Shown here: piece by piece, positions 37,282-48,727 of the stretch
Position numbering within the stretch: the stretch's first letter is position 1
How the letters are laid out: every line of letters starts with the position of its first letter
Source of the DNA: Bugula neritina
Taxonomy: Eukaryota > Animalia > Bryozoa
Assembly (NCBI GenBank): GCA_964035545.1
Contig: OZ037767.1
Span: forward strand, 23,328,628-23,392,627
Direction: 5' to 3'
DNA: 64,000 nt
Notes under the pieces: model-generated
Databases searched by the model: none
Told to the model about the DNA's origin: nothing
The model's input: only the letters and a program-made list of their open reading frames with translations
Made by a program: the position numbers and the translations under genes

Positions 37282-39497
37282 TATAATATGATGACTTTAT
37301 CATATTATATGACCCATCACTAGCAAGGTGTTCAATAAGCTCTGTTGTGATCATTCGATATCATTAGTGTGATTTTGTCCAACCCTCACAAACCTTTTTA
37401 CTCTATTTGAATAGATTTCTTGAGTTATTTATGTAAATATTCAGCATTAATTTTCTTTCTGGTTAGGTAGCAGCTAAATGATTGGTAGGCAGTTGGGTCC
37501 TTTTGCTTTCTATGAATTTTCACTACACTTTCTTGTAAACAGTTCTACATAGCCTTAATTTATATGATGTATATTTTTGCCGTCCAAATAAAATGACTTC
37601 ATGACCTAATGTAAATTTTAGGTATATAGGTGCTCTACGCGCATGAAGCAATTTTTAGTTTTAGAAAATAAACAAAATCAATAGCTGGTTATAATACATA
37701 TTGCTTTACTTTTATGTATTCAAAATATTGCCGGAGAGATGTTACTTTACACACTAACTAATGTATAAATGATGCTTTTCTTTTAAATATTCAACTCCCT
37801 TACTTAATTGAACTTTATTGTCGATGTATATCTAAGTACCATATTTGCATATTATTGCCTTCTGTCTAAAATTACTGGTTTTCATGCACGATCTGGGTCA
37901 CCCACCAAAGGTCAACAGTCAATAATACAGAAATTGTGAAAATTGATAGAATTGTATGGATGTGATTTTTAAAAATAGTTGATGGCAGATTAAACAATAG
38001 CCAAGCAAAAAGGTGTATAAGACGCCAAATGCCAACAATTGGGAACTGGTCAATTACCTTCTGGGTAGCAAATGCAAGCTTCCGATTTAACATAAGTTTC
38101 AATATAACTTTATATCTGAACAACTTTACTAATGAAGTTTGCCAAACTGATGGGTTTTCTAGTAGAGAAGCTGTGTTCCATAGATTGGATCAGCATGAGA
38201 AGACAAAACCCAATTAGATAGCTAGAAAGGCTCAGCAGTTGATGCATCAGAATAGCCTGTTTAGTGCAGTTAGGAGAAATATGTAGAATATAAAACGTAT
38301 CGGTAAATAGATCACAGTTATGAAGTGTTAGGTTTCATATTAAGATGTTTAAGTGAATTTTGTTATTTATACTTATATTACCCACTGGTTAGCAAACCTA
38401 CCACTAGTCAGGACAGTTATTAAAAGAAGAATAGCACTAAATTTATGAAAAATGTTGAGCAGCAAAAGGTTAACCCTGGTGATTTCCGGATTATAAAGTA
38501 TTTTGTAGCAGTTGTACAAAATCCTTTCTGTTGCCTAGTAGTGACAACTTTTACTCTTTTGAGATAACCAGTTTAAGAATTGTCAACCAGTCTTTGGTCA
38601 TAATGACATCCACAAACTCTACAGCTGCAGCATTTCATACTAATTCTATGTATCCAGATTCTAGAAGATAATGAAATTTGATGTGCCAATAATTTAAAAG
38701 GGTGTGTAGACTGTCAAGTCTTTTTTAAAGAAAGAAGTATATAACTAAAATGGAATAGCTAGTATATTTCCACAGAAAGCAAAGTTGAACAGATATAAGA
38801 ATCATTAGCAATACAAGTCCTATTGACAGCAACAGTTATTACTGATTAGCCATTACCTAAGCAAGAAAAATGTGACCAGTGCCATCAATTGCAAATATGT
38901 TTGCACAAATAATTAAAGAAGTAGGGTGTAAAACTATATAACTATGAATGCATGTCAGTGTCAATATTTCAAGTCTAGGTTAGAAGCTACACGATGCACA
39001 GGTCCTGCTGCTGATCACTGCTGCGTAGTTTATACATGATAATCTAGCCTGTAGCCGCTGTAATCAGTCTACAAAATATATGAAGGACTTATCAAACTTT
39101 ATAATCTATACTTCATAATAATTGCAGTCTGTAAATATAAAGTCAATGCATTAATGAAGAAATTTGGCTGGTGTACATTTACAATATTAGACCAGCATTC
39201 CTGCAAAATTAGCATACAAGATGCCACTTGTGACCTCAATTCAATATTTACTATTTAGCAACATTTAAGAAGGCCTTGATATAAACATGCGTTCTAAGAT
39301 GTAATTGAAAAGTTGCGATATAGGATAATGCACCAGTAAGTTGGTACCTAATACCACACCATTGACGACAAACTTTGAATAATTAGGCTACTGAGTTGAT
39401 AAACATTTCTCAGATTTATCAAACATAGAAATGAGTGAGTGAAACTTACCAAGTAACGTTGGTGCTGCCACTCTGCTCCATTGTTGTGGACATTCAT

Positions 39498-40463
39498 TTA
39501 CTTGGAGGGTTTGCTACTCATTATCATTTCTGTACCCATGGAGTTAAGGACAGTGACCTGCAAGATATAAAGGTTGTTCAACGGCCACTTTGTTATATCA
39601 CAAAATTGTAGAGACAGCCAAGAATTCCATCACCTAAATAACTTGGAACTTTGCACATACCATAAGAGAAGCGTCACTAGAAAGCCCTTCAAATTTAGCT
39701 TTAATATCATTTCCTGTATCTCCTTCCAACTTAAGATCTTCTCTGGTGTCGCCATCCTCGGTCATTAATGTGGCAAACATGTCCTCGTTAACATCTACCA
39801 AAGTATACTCTGTACGATTTACCTTTGGTACCATCATGTTGTGAGTGGAAGGACAAATATCTTCGTATTTCTTTCCAGTAAAAATATCTATGCCAACTAA
39901 ATTAACCTACAAAATGATTTTTAGTTATTTTTTGCAAACACAAACTTTTTAGTTCGCATAATTTTAATTGCACCTAACCATTCAAACACAATATGCTACA
40001 GATAAAAGCTAATAACTAGCATACCAGTTACCAAGAATTCAAGCATGATTATATAGCCTTATTGTATTGTTATGCTATTGACTTAATTACAACTGGTGGT
40101 GTTCTTAGAGGACAAAAGTTGATCTTTTATTACACTAATTTGCTTTTTATATACTGGTATGACATGTAATAACTTTCAAGTTTACACTCTATCGGCGATA
40201 TACTCATAAACTTGAATAAGAACCCATCATGTCCTAACAACATGTTTAAAGATATCTGCAACAGGTTTTTAGCTTATTCCAAAATAAAGTCCAACCTTGG
40301 CGTGACCATGCTTGCCTGTCTTGGAGGTAGACATTTCTACAATTTTGCATGGTTTGCCTTTGATTATGACGTGTCCATTTTTTCTAAGAGCAGAGCACTG
40401 CATAGGATAGGAGTCTGAAGCCCCTGCTGAAGCCGACTCAAAGGTTTCTTGATCATCTCCCAT
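39498..40463 (-). CDS. EIF5A: Translation factor eIF5A, 157 aa
   Basis: Exons 40463-40296, 39906-39661, 39557-39498 (474 nt). [11 protein letters not shown], hypusine loop [31 protein letters not shown]. Probable 5'UTR intron 41769-40480 and 3'UTR intron 39449-39069. Confidence 0.96.
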
Positions 40464-41769
40464 CTTCAGTCCAATTATTCTAAATATAGAAACCATTTTA
40501 GCAAGCTCAAAAACAATAGCGTCAGGTTGGATACAAAATAGCTTATGATTTTAACATATTATTCTATTAATTTAACCACTTAAAGCTACTTTGACTGTTT
40601 CTTCTAGTACTGGGTAGGTGATAAAATAAGAAAGTTGCACATTTGATTTCATTTACAATTTGTTATTGACCACTAAAACAGGAAGGGAGGGGGGGGGGCA
40701 GCCAGAAAAGATAATTTTTGATATTAAGCAAGTTGACTTTTGCTCCCAAGACAGAATCTATGATCTTCTATTTTTTTTCAATGTTTGATCAATTTGCACC
40801 TATGAAGTTTTCATAGGTTTCATCAACTAGCAAATTTAATTAGATTAAATTGAATAGAAAATAGCTCCATAAGCAGGTTGAAATGCAAGATCACAGATTA
40901 AGAATTAGAAGTACAGGTGGCTACAAGTTTCTTCCTATCTTAATTACTCAAAACATAAATGTGACCCATTTAGAAAAATAGCGACTGGTGACATTTATTA
41001 GATTCAAATTGTTTTGTTTAGCAAAGCTTGGTATTCAGTGTTAATCATAATTATTTAATTCTATGAAAAGCAAAAGCCGAAACTTAGGATAATAATCACC
41101 ACTTAAATTAAATTATATATTTTTTTTATAAATATGAACTTGTCGAGTCTGAAATAATAAATCACTATTAGTATTAGTATTATTAATGCATTTACTGATA
41201 CTAATACAATAGTTATACTACTACTCCTAGGCCTTGGACTTGAGCAACTGTAAGAATAAGCAAAACTTTAACTTGAAGTTTAAGAGTTCTACTGAAAACT
41301 CAAACCAACAACCAATTCCAATACTAGTACCACTACTAGTCGTAGTACTGCTCCTAAAAAGGCTAAATGAGTAAATCAAAATCTGAAAATGCATTTTTAT
41401 TTTGATTTAAAAATAAAAGTAACAGTAAGTATAAGACAGTCACTGTCAGTAGTATATTGTTAACAGTAGGACTTTGAGTCTTAGTCTAAGAGTTATTAGT
41501 TAAGACTTCACTGCTACGCGACACGTGTACGACTCAAGGTTATTGCTACGATAACCGGACGAGTCATAAGTCATTGTGATTGTCAAGTTGAAGATGAATT
41601 CCTAAAAATATTTTTGACATTTAAAGCGCTTAAAATTGTTTGAACATAAAATATGATTTAAATAAATCCAATAGTGAAATTAAACAGATAGAACAATAGT
41701 AGAAAATCCACATAACCAGCTAAACAAAAAGCAAATATTACAGAATGGTGTTGCAATAGAATAACTCAC

Positions 41770-42205
41770 ATGTGATCCTGCCAAATCAGATAACATAGAA
41801 AGGAAAACTTACAGGGAGCGTGCGCGTAACTGTGACCTAAATAAGCAAGGCATAGGGACAATTGCAAAAAAAGTGGGCTTTTGTGATACGAAAAATTTAT
41901 TTACATTATCCCTACAGATCTTTTAGTTGTATTAAATAATAATGCATTTCAAAACAATTTTTTTGCATAATTTAAAATTATGTTTTTCACTATTTCAACA
42001 ATCTTTTTGTTTTTTAAAAAAATATAAGTTTATTGCTGTAAACACCCAAAGCATCCAATAAGCTTTGTGGTTAGCGGCGTTTCAGGCTAAAAGAGTTGAA
42101 AGTCTAATCCTCAGTAGTAAGATCCAAGATTCGATTGAGGATAGTAGTATTAAGAGAAACGGATAACATCACCGACTGCCATCGTACCATCAACGACAAG
42201 TGGCC
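41770..42205. promoter_or_regulatory. Probable bidirectional promoter region between eIF5A (-) and the Y-box gene (+)
   Basis: Minus-strand donor (CAT|GTGAGT) at 41770/41769 marks an eIF5A non-coding first exon; Y-box ATG at 42206; CpG cluster gagcgtgcgcg near 41816. Confidence 0.55.
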
Positions 42206-45200
42206 ATGGCTTCTACAGAACTCCCGTCTGAGAGTCTTGTCAGCCCAAGCAATCAAGAAAAAAGGGTGATAGGTAAAAGAAAAAATTATTCATAAAAATA
42301 AAATGTGAACATCATGATTTATTGATTACGGTTAACTATAAGTATAAGTATAACCGTCAAATTGAAATTGAAACTGAAAGTCAAACTGTACGAGACAGAG
42401 ATACAGATTGAGACTGAGTATCACTTATCACTATATGATTTTCAATTTGTGTGGCAGTATGAGTATAGCATTGTCATTTCGTACACAAGTCCGAGTCGTT
42501 TCGTACACATCAGACTCGGTATAAATTAACAATAACCTAAACTAAAAGTAAAAATGAAATACATAATTTTGTATTTGCTTATTATTTGATGTATGACTTT
42601 ACGAGCCATACAGTTAATGTTACAATGATGCAGTACTGCTCACAAGTAACTTGCACATTTCACATCGCAGTATGCTTATTTATTATTGCGATATGTAGTA
42701 GTAGAGGTTATCACCGTTATGGCCTAGGGCCTAGAAGGAACTCACTTGAACTGCTGTATTGGTTTAAATGTTCATATTGCTATCAGTAGATGGCAGCAGC
42801 CATCGAATAGAATATATTAATTTAAAGCATTGATCAAGAAAATTAGATGTGAAAGATACGTGCTGGGATGCAATAAATAAGTAACCTAGTAGTATCATTC
42901 AAGTGGTTATCCAGGGGATTAATTTGTTATTCATTTTGTGTACGATATGGACAGCAGCTTGTGTATGAAAACAGTTATTTGACATTGACAGTCAGTCAGA
43001 GTGATACTGCCCGAGTCAGGATTGGTAGTATAAATTTATAAAGTATTAAAATTTGATAATCTGAATCTCTATTCGTGTTATCACAGTCACTGTTATGTGT
43101 GACTTGGTGTTATGACTAATTGTTCAATAGTAATACTAATACTATCGGTGTATAAACGCAGTATTCTACTAATATTTGCTTGCCACTTGAACTTGGAGAG
43201 GAACACATTCTTCATCTTGCCTAGCACCTTCCAGGCATAAAAATAAGATTAACTTTGATAGATTTAATCTTACAAGTTAAAATTAACGTGTTATATAATT
43301 TTAGTTTAGCCTTTAAGTTTAAGAATAAATAGTGTTAGTTTAGGTCAAAAGATGATTTTCTAAAATAACAATTAGTATCACAATAAGTATAGCACTACCT
43401 TTACCTTAATCAATAACTAAAAATAAATAACTTTTAACTGTATGATAATGTATAATAACTATAAAATGATATCAGCTGACAACTGCAATAACTATATGTG
43501 AATAGCTCTAGGCTCGAAATAAATGTTCGAATGCCAGTGATTTCAGATTGTGCTATTGACTTTTATTCAAGGTAAAACTGGATTTTTGGACTTCATTTAT
43601 TAGTTGCCTTGTGTGCGTGTTTGGAATTATTTTAATTTGATGCACCATGGACATGTGACTCCTTGCTGTTGCACTCAGAAGGGGGTAGCTGAAGCATTAC
43701 TAACCTTTAAAATAAATCTCTTGATATTATAGCAATTAAAGTGACTGGGACTGTGAAGTGGTTTAATGTTCGAAATGGATATGGCTTCATAAATCGGGAT
43801 GACACTAAAGACGATGTTTTTGTTCACCAGGTTTGTGATATAATAATAAAATAATTGTGCGTTGTTATTTCTGTGAAATATGGGTTTGGTGATTTTAATG
43901 AGTTCCAATTAATTCTGGCTTTACTGTGCGTATATGCAGCAAGCTCTCTCGAGCTAAGCATAACTTAATATAATTCAGGTAGATGGCTGAAAAGCCACTG
44001 GTCAGTTATTTTGTTATGCTGCATATTTGACTTCCTTCTTGGGCTTTTGTATTGTCGACTTTAATCCAAAACAACTGTGCATAATTATTTCTATGTAATC
44101 ATAGCTCTTTTTTGTGGTAGCCTAAGTTCTACTAACCCACAACAGTGTATAAATTCTAATATTTGGTGTTCCTGTAGACAGCCATAGTAAAGAATAATCC
44201 CAAGAAGTACCTCCGGTCTGTCGGAGATGGAGAACTGGTGGAATTTGATGTTGTTGAAGGGGAGAAGGGCAATGAAGCTGCCAATGTAACTGGACCTAAT
44301 GGAGAGCCAGTACAGGGCAGTAAATATGCTGCTGATAGGAGGAAGGGGTACAGAGGATTTTACCGAGGTAGAAGAGGGCGAGGTGGTCGCGGTTCATATA
44401 GGAGAGTTGAGGTAGGCTCTTTTTCCATTCTAATGAACATAACACTTATTTACTATATTTTAGTAACTGTATTCCATCAAGGTAGCATTCATTACAGATT
44501 AGTATTGTGAATGTCTGGAGCATCATAGCTGTTTGAAACACACAATGTTGAACTAGCTCAGCAGCTTTTAATGTTGGCTTCTTTTGCTAGAATTCTACAG
44601 CTAATATCATTTGCTTTTATGTGTGGGCTATAACCTATAAAATATTTTTTTGAATATTTGTTTTTCTATGATTCAACAAACACAAACATACCTGCAAACG
44701 TGAACAAGTCTAAAGCATTAAAATAATTTCAAATTTCAAGTTATTGTGTGAAAGGCTTTTTCATTGTGAAAAAGGCAATCTCCAGTTTTTTTCCATTCCC
44801 ATGGTTCTAACAATATTTTATGGCTTTAAAAAGTGTTATCTTATAGAAAACCAAGTGTGCAACTCAAAGTCCAGATGACCAGATATTCTGCAACTGGTTA
44901 TTTTATGTTGACATTTTTCAGCATGAGGTAGTCTCGGATAAAGGCGAGACAACCGAAGAAGGTGAAAAGGTTACTGATGAGGCTCGTAGACGACCAAGAC
45001 GTCCCAGGCATTACCGAGGTGGGTACAGAAACAGACAGGCTCCAGCTGCTTACCAGGAGGCTGGTGAGGTAGAGGAACATCAGCAAGTCCAAGAAGCTCG
45101 TGGGGATGGCAATGAAGTTGCAGGTAGGCTAGTATATCAACTGCTACTAATATGATGGTAGCAGTATAAAATTAGGTGTGCTAAATATAGCCATTGCATT

Positions 45201-45520
45201 CTCTAGATGAAAAGGGCCCTGTGCAGAAGAGAGGCCGGGGCAGGTACAGGGGACGTCGTGGTTACGGCTACAGGAGGGGCGGGTATAGACCCCAATCTCA
45301 AGAAGAGGGAGAAGAATATTTGGAGCAACAACAAGGTAATGCGGAGGAAACCAGCGGAGAGCAGACCACGGTTCCACGTAGAGGCAGAGGTGGGTATAGG
45401 CGAAACTATCGCAGGAGAGGCAGAGGACGAGGTGGTAACAGCAATATTCAAAATGAAGGTGAAGAGCACCCTGCTCCAGCTGAGAGTGCACATCCCACAA
45501 GTGAACCAACTCCTATCTAA
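42206..45520 (+). CDS. YBX1: Y-box binding protein (cold-shock domain plus alternating basic/acidic tail), 304 aa
   Basis: Exons 42206-42272, 43733-43830, 44178-44411, 44922-45123, 45207-45520 (915 nt). [81 protein letters not shown]; RG/RGG islands; AATAAA at 45808. Symbol denotes the YBX1/2/3 family. Confidence 0.95.
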
Positions 45521-45897
45521 TTTTTGCACTTGATGATGTGCCAACTGTTTTTGTGTAACCCACTACTCTGTTGAAATTTTTTTTCATTTATGTTTTTCCA
45601 ACTGCCTAGTCATTTTGATTTGAACCAATGCTAGTGTGCAAAAAAATACACAAGTTATCATGATTGTTCGAACTTGTTTGCAGCATTTCAAGTAAACATA
45701 ATATTGCTTTACTATTTGTCTATGATTTTGTAAATATTAGTTTCACCTGTAATGCAGCAATATTATGATTGTATAATTGACAATTGACCATCCTAATTGG
45801 TGACACCAATAAAATATAAAAAACAAATTGGTTTCTGGTGTTTATTCAGTGCCTGGAGCATTATATTTTAGAAAAATAACATCAAATATACGAGAGA

Positions 45898-48727
45898 TCA
45901 AGTAATTTTATTTGCTTTGGAGTATGATGCAATGATTAATTTAGAATGGTTTAATATTTCCTGAAAACAAACAAAAGAAAATTGTGCATTGGAAAAGTCA
46001 TCAAGGACATGCTCTGTTCGATTGCTTTGAGTTAGGATGGTTGATAGCACCAGGCCCTGTTGCACTACAACTTGCAGAGTATAATTTTCAGTGACCTCAT
46101 GAGTTAGAGTAAAGTTCGGAGTCCTTCCATATAACCACTGCCAACTTCTAAGTTCTTTCTGAATGTTTTCTATGCCAAAGTAATTTCGATCTGTCAAGTC
46201 CTTGTCAGCAACAGAACAGCTGGATGCCTAAAATCATTGAATTCGCATAAAGTAAACAAATATTTGCAGGGATTGAGGAGCATGTATTTAAGCTGTACTT
46301 CAAGTTTCGATGTGCAAACCAGGAAAAGCATAATATAAGTAAAGTGGCTGCTTAATTTGTTTTCACACCTGCTTGGTAAATTTTGAATTATTATATCAAC
46401 TAAAGTTACTAAACAATGAAGAACAGACTGCATGGTGAGTATGATTATTTGGCATTTAGTATAGACAAAGGCTCTGTTACTAATATAATGAATATACTGT
46501 ACAATTTGTTTGTTTGTTTGTATTTTCATCAAAATAGTAGTTTATGTCATAGGTTGAAAACTAGAAAAAAATCAGTGATGAGGGTCCATATGCACAATAG
46601 CGAAGCTAGTCGAGGTGCTGGACCCAGAGGTAGCAGCCAGCAGAGCCCGCATGACGCGGACCCTAAATCAGTGAGTCAAGCAGGAACTGCTTCAAGGCCA
46701 CCGCAAACTCACTCCTACTTCGTATCTCCCTCAGATGTTTTGGGAGGAAGTTCCAGGCGTCGGCCATCTGATAAGTAACCTGTCTATGGCCACACGCAGT
46801 AGTGGAGAGTGGCAACGGGAGACTAAGAGGAGCATGTCTGGTTGGGTAGGGAGGAAGGTAGTTAGATGCTAGGCGTAAAGAAAATTCACTAAATACTAAA
46901 GCAAAGCTACTATTTTAAATGCTGCAATATGTTGATTCTTTACTTACTCTGGCAAATTCAGAAGAAACTTTCTTGATATAATGTTGAGCTAAAATATCCA
47001 TAACATTGTTGGAGTGAAGCTTGTGTTCTTTGCAACTTAGCATAGCTGTGAATGCAGGCAGACTTGCAGTTGCATTGGTTGTCAGGTTTTCCTATAAAAT
47101 AAATAACATGAAATAAAAAGATTTATCACAAATACTTGAAAATTGAGATTTTCAGCTAAACAAATATAACTACATCTTTTCAACTTTTGACATAAAAATC
47201 CTTATAATTTGCTGAGCAACATTACTTATACTAACGCATTGCTTCTTCAATTGTGAAATGAAGCCAATATTCCTTGTACTTTATCTAATTGAGCAACTTT
47301 TTTACAAAATAATTAGCTATCAATTTTAAATTCCACTAATTTTTTCCTTTTAATACTTCATTTATAACCAACAAAAACACAACTATTAAGGCTAGATATA
47401 TGTAAATTGTGAAAAAAATTTCCTAAGTTTACTTAATTCCATCTTGAAGGCTGGTATACAATTTGAATGTTTTTTGCAAAGGTCATCAATTGTTATAAGT
47501 TATAACGACTGAAAACTGACAGGATATGCAGGTGTTTCACATAAATCCCTAAGAAATGACAGCAGTTGTCTCACAAAAGTTAGCATATCTAGTAAGTATA
47601 GTGTGGACAACTTCCAATATTGTATATAATGTAATGAAAAGAACCTTCACTAACTTGAGGAAAAGTTGGCATCAAGCAGTGCGATAGAAGCTGACGATCA
47701 CTGTCCACTAACAACGTGCAGTGATGATATGCTCGCAACCTGGTCATTCTAGAAGCTGTGCCTGATACCTAAAGTCACAAACAATATTTATATATTACCA
47801 AATAGAATTGCCACTAAAGTATTTGGTGCCAGATTAAACTGCATGCAGGCCTATCCTAAACTTAGAACTGAATCTACAGCTTGAATACTATGCGATCTAG
47901 TTTGTAAGCAGCAACTCTTAGACATGTTTTACGTCAAGAGGAATGTGTATTAAAATAGACCAAAAAGCCCTCATACATTTCTTACTTTGAATTTTTCATT
48001 GAGCAAGATATCACTCCTGCTGTTAACAGAAAGGTTTAGATGTGGCCAATTGGTTGAAACAGCTTCACAAATAAACTCTAGATTTCTTGACCTTGAGTAA
48101 TTATCCCGATGGGTAATGAAACTGAGATTAATGTTTCCTAAATCATGATAAACAGTACCTCCTCCGGACTTTCTCCGAGCTGAAACATTCACTTAGTTTT
48201 TAAAAGGTAAAAACATACAGGTTTGAGATAAAAACACAAATGCATGATGTACAATATAGGAAACACAAACAACTTGGATTTAGTTAACATAATGAAACTT
48301 TGCCTAAACTATTGAAGAAGTTTAGCATTTGAGTGAAATAGTACAATTATAAATGTTACAAACAATGTGAATTAGGTTAAAGTAAGCTGATAAAATTACC
48401 AAGCTGAATAGAATTCTCCTGCAGAAAAGGTATGTTACATTCCAACCATGGGCTCTGGTATTTCCCTATAACAACGCAGGGGTTGCTTCGCCACATTAGC
48501 AGGATGGTGTCAGCAGGTTTTAATGGTGCATTCTCATACAACCAGTCCTCCAGAGACAGATTATCAACAATGTCATGTGATTTAGATATTATGACTTTAT
48601 GTACAGCAGAATCATCCCCAACAGTTGAGTAAAAGCTAGCCGACGCTCTTCTAAGAGCATTTCGTTTTAGCATGAGGGTCAGGTTCTTCACCGAGGCATT
48701 AAATTTAATCTTTGGGGTCCGAAACAT
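45898..48727 (-). CDS. LIPT1: Mitochondrial lipoyltransferase 1, ~369 aa
   Basis: Exons 48727-48400, 48179-47986, 47768-47655, 47091-46948, 46227-45898 (1110 nt). NLSLEDWLY, WRSNPCVVIGKYQSPWLECN, ARRKSGGGTVYHDLGNIN, KVSGTAS..AYHHCTLL, NATAS, SWQWLYGRTPNF; basic N-terminal presequence-like leader. Confidence 0.92.
46565..46875. ncRNA. Candidate structured non-coding RNA (or repeat remnant) in LIPT1 intron 4; family not recognised
   Basis: About 53% GC (159/300 counted over 46561-46860) within AT-rich flanks; at least six short inverted repeats; ends CTGA-T7 on the minus strand. Confidence 0.35.

Noticed and set aside
45147-45544. Overlapping alternative-frame and antisense ORFs over the last Y-box exon
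   Set aside because: Expected shadows of a purine-rich, GC-richer coding exon; no independent signals.
46565-46875. Telomerase RNA, RNase P/MRP, 7SK, SRP or hammerhead/HDV ribozyme identity; also ORF 46416-46778
   Set aside because: No 1.5-repeat CCCTAA template, P4 consensus, paired GATC motifs, SRP helix-8 motif or CUGANGA/GAAA core found by eye. The ORF is antisense, intronic and has no recognisable motif.
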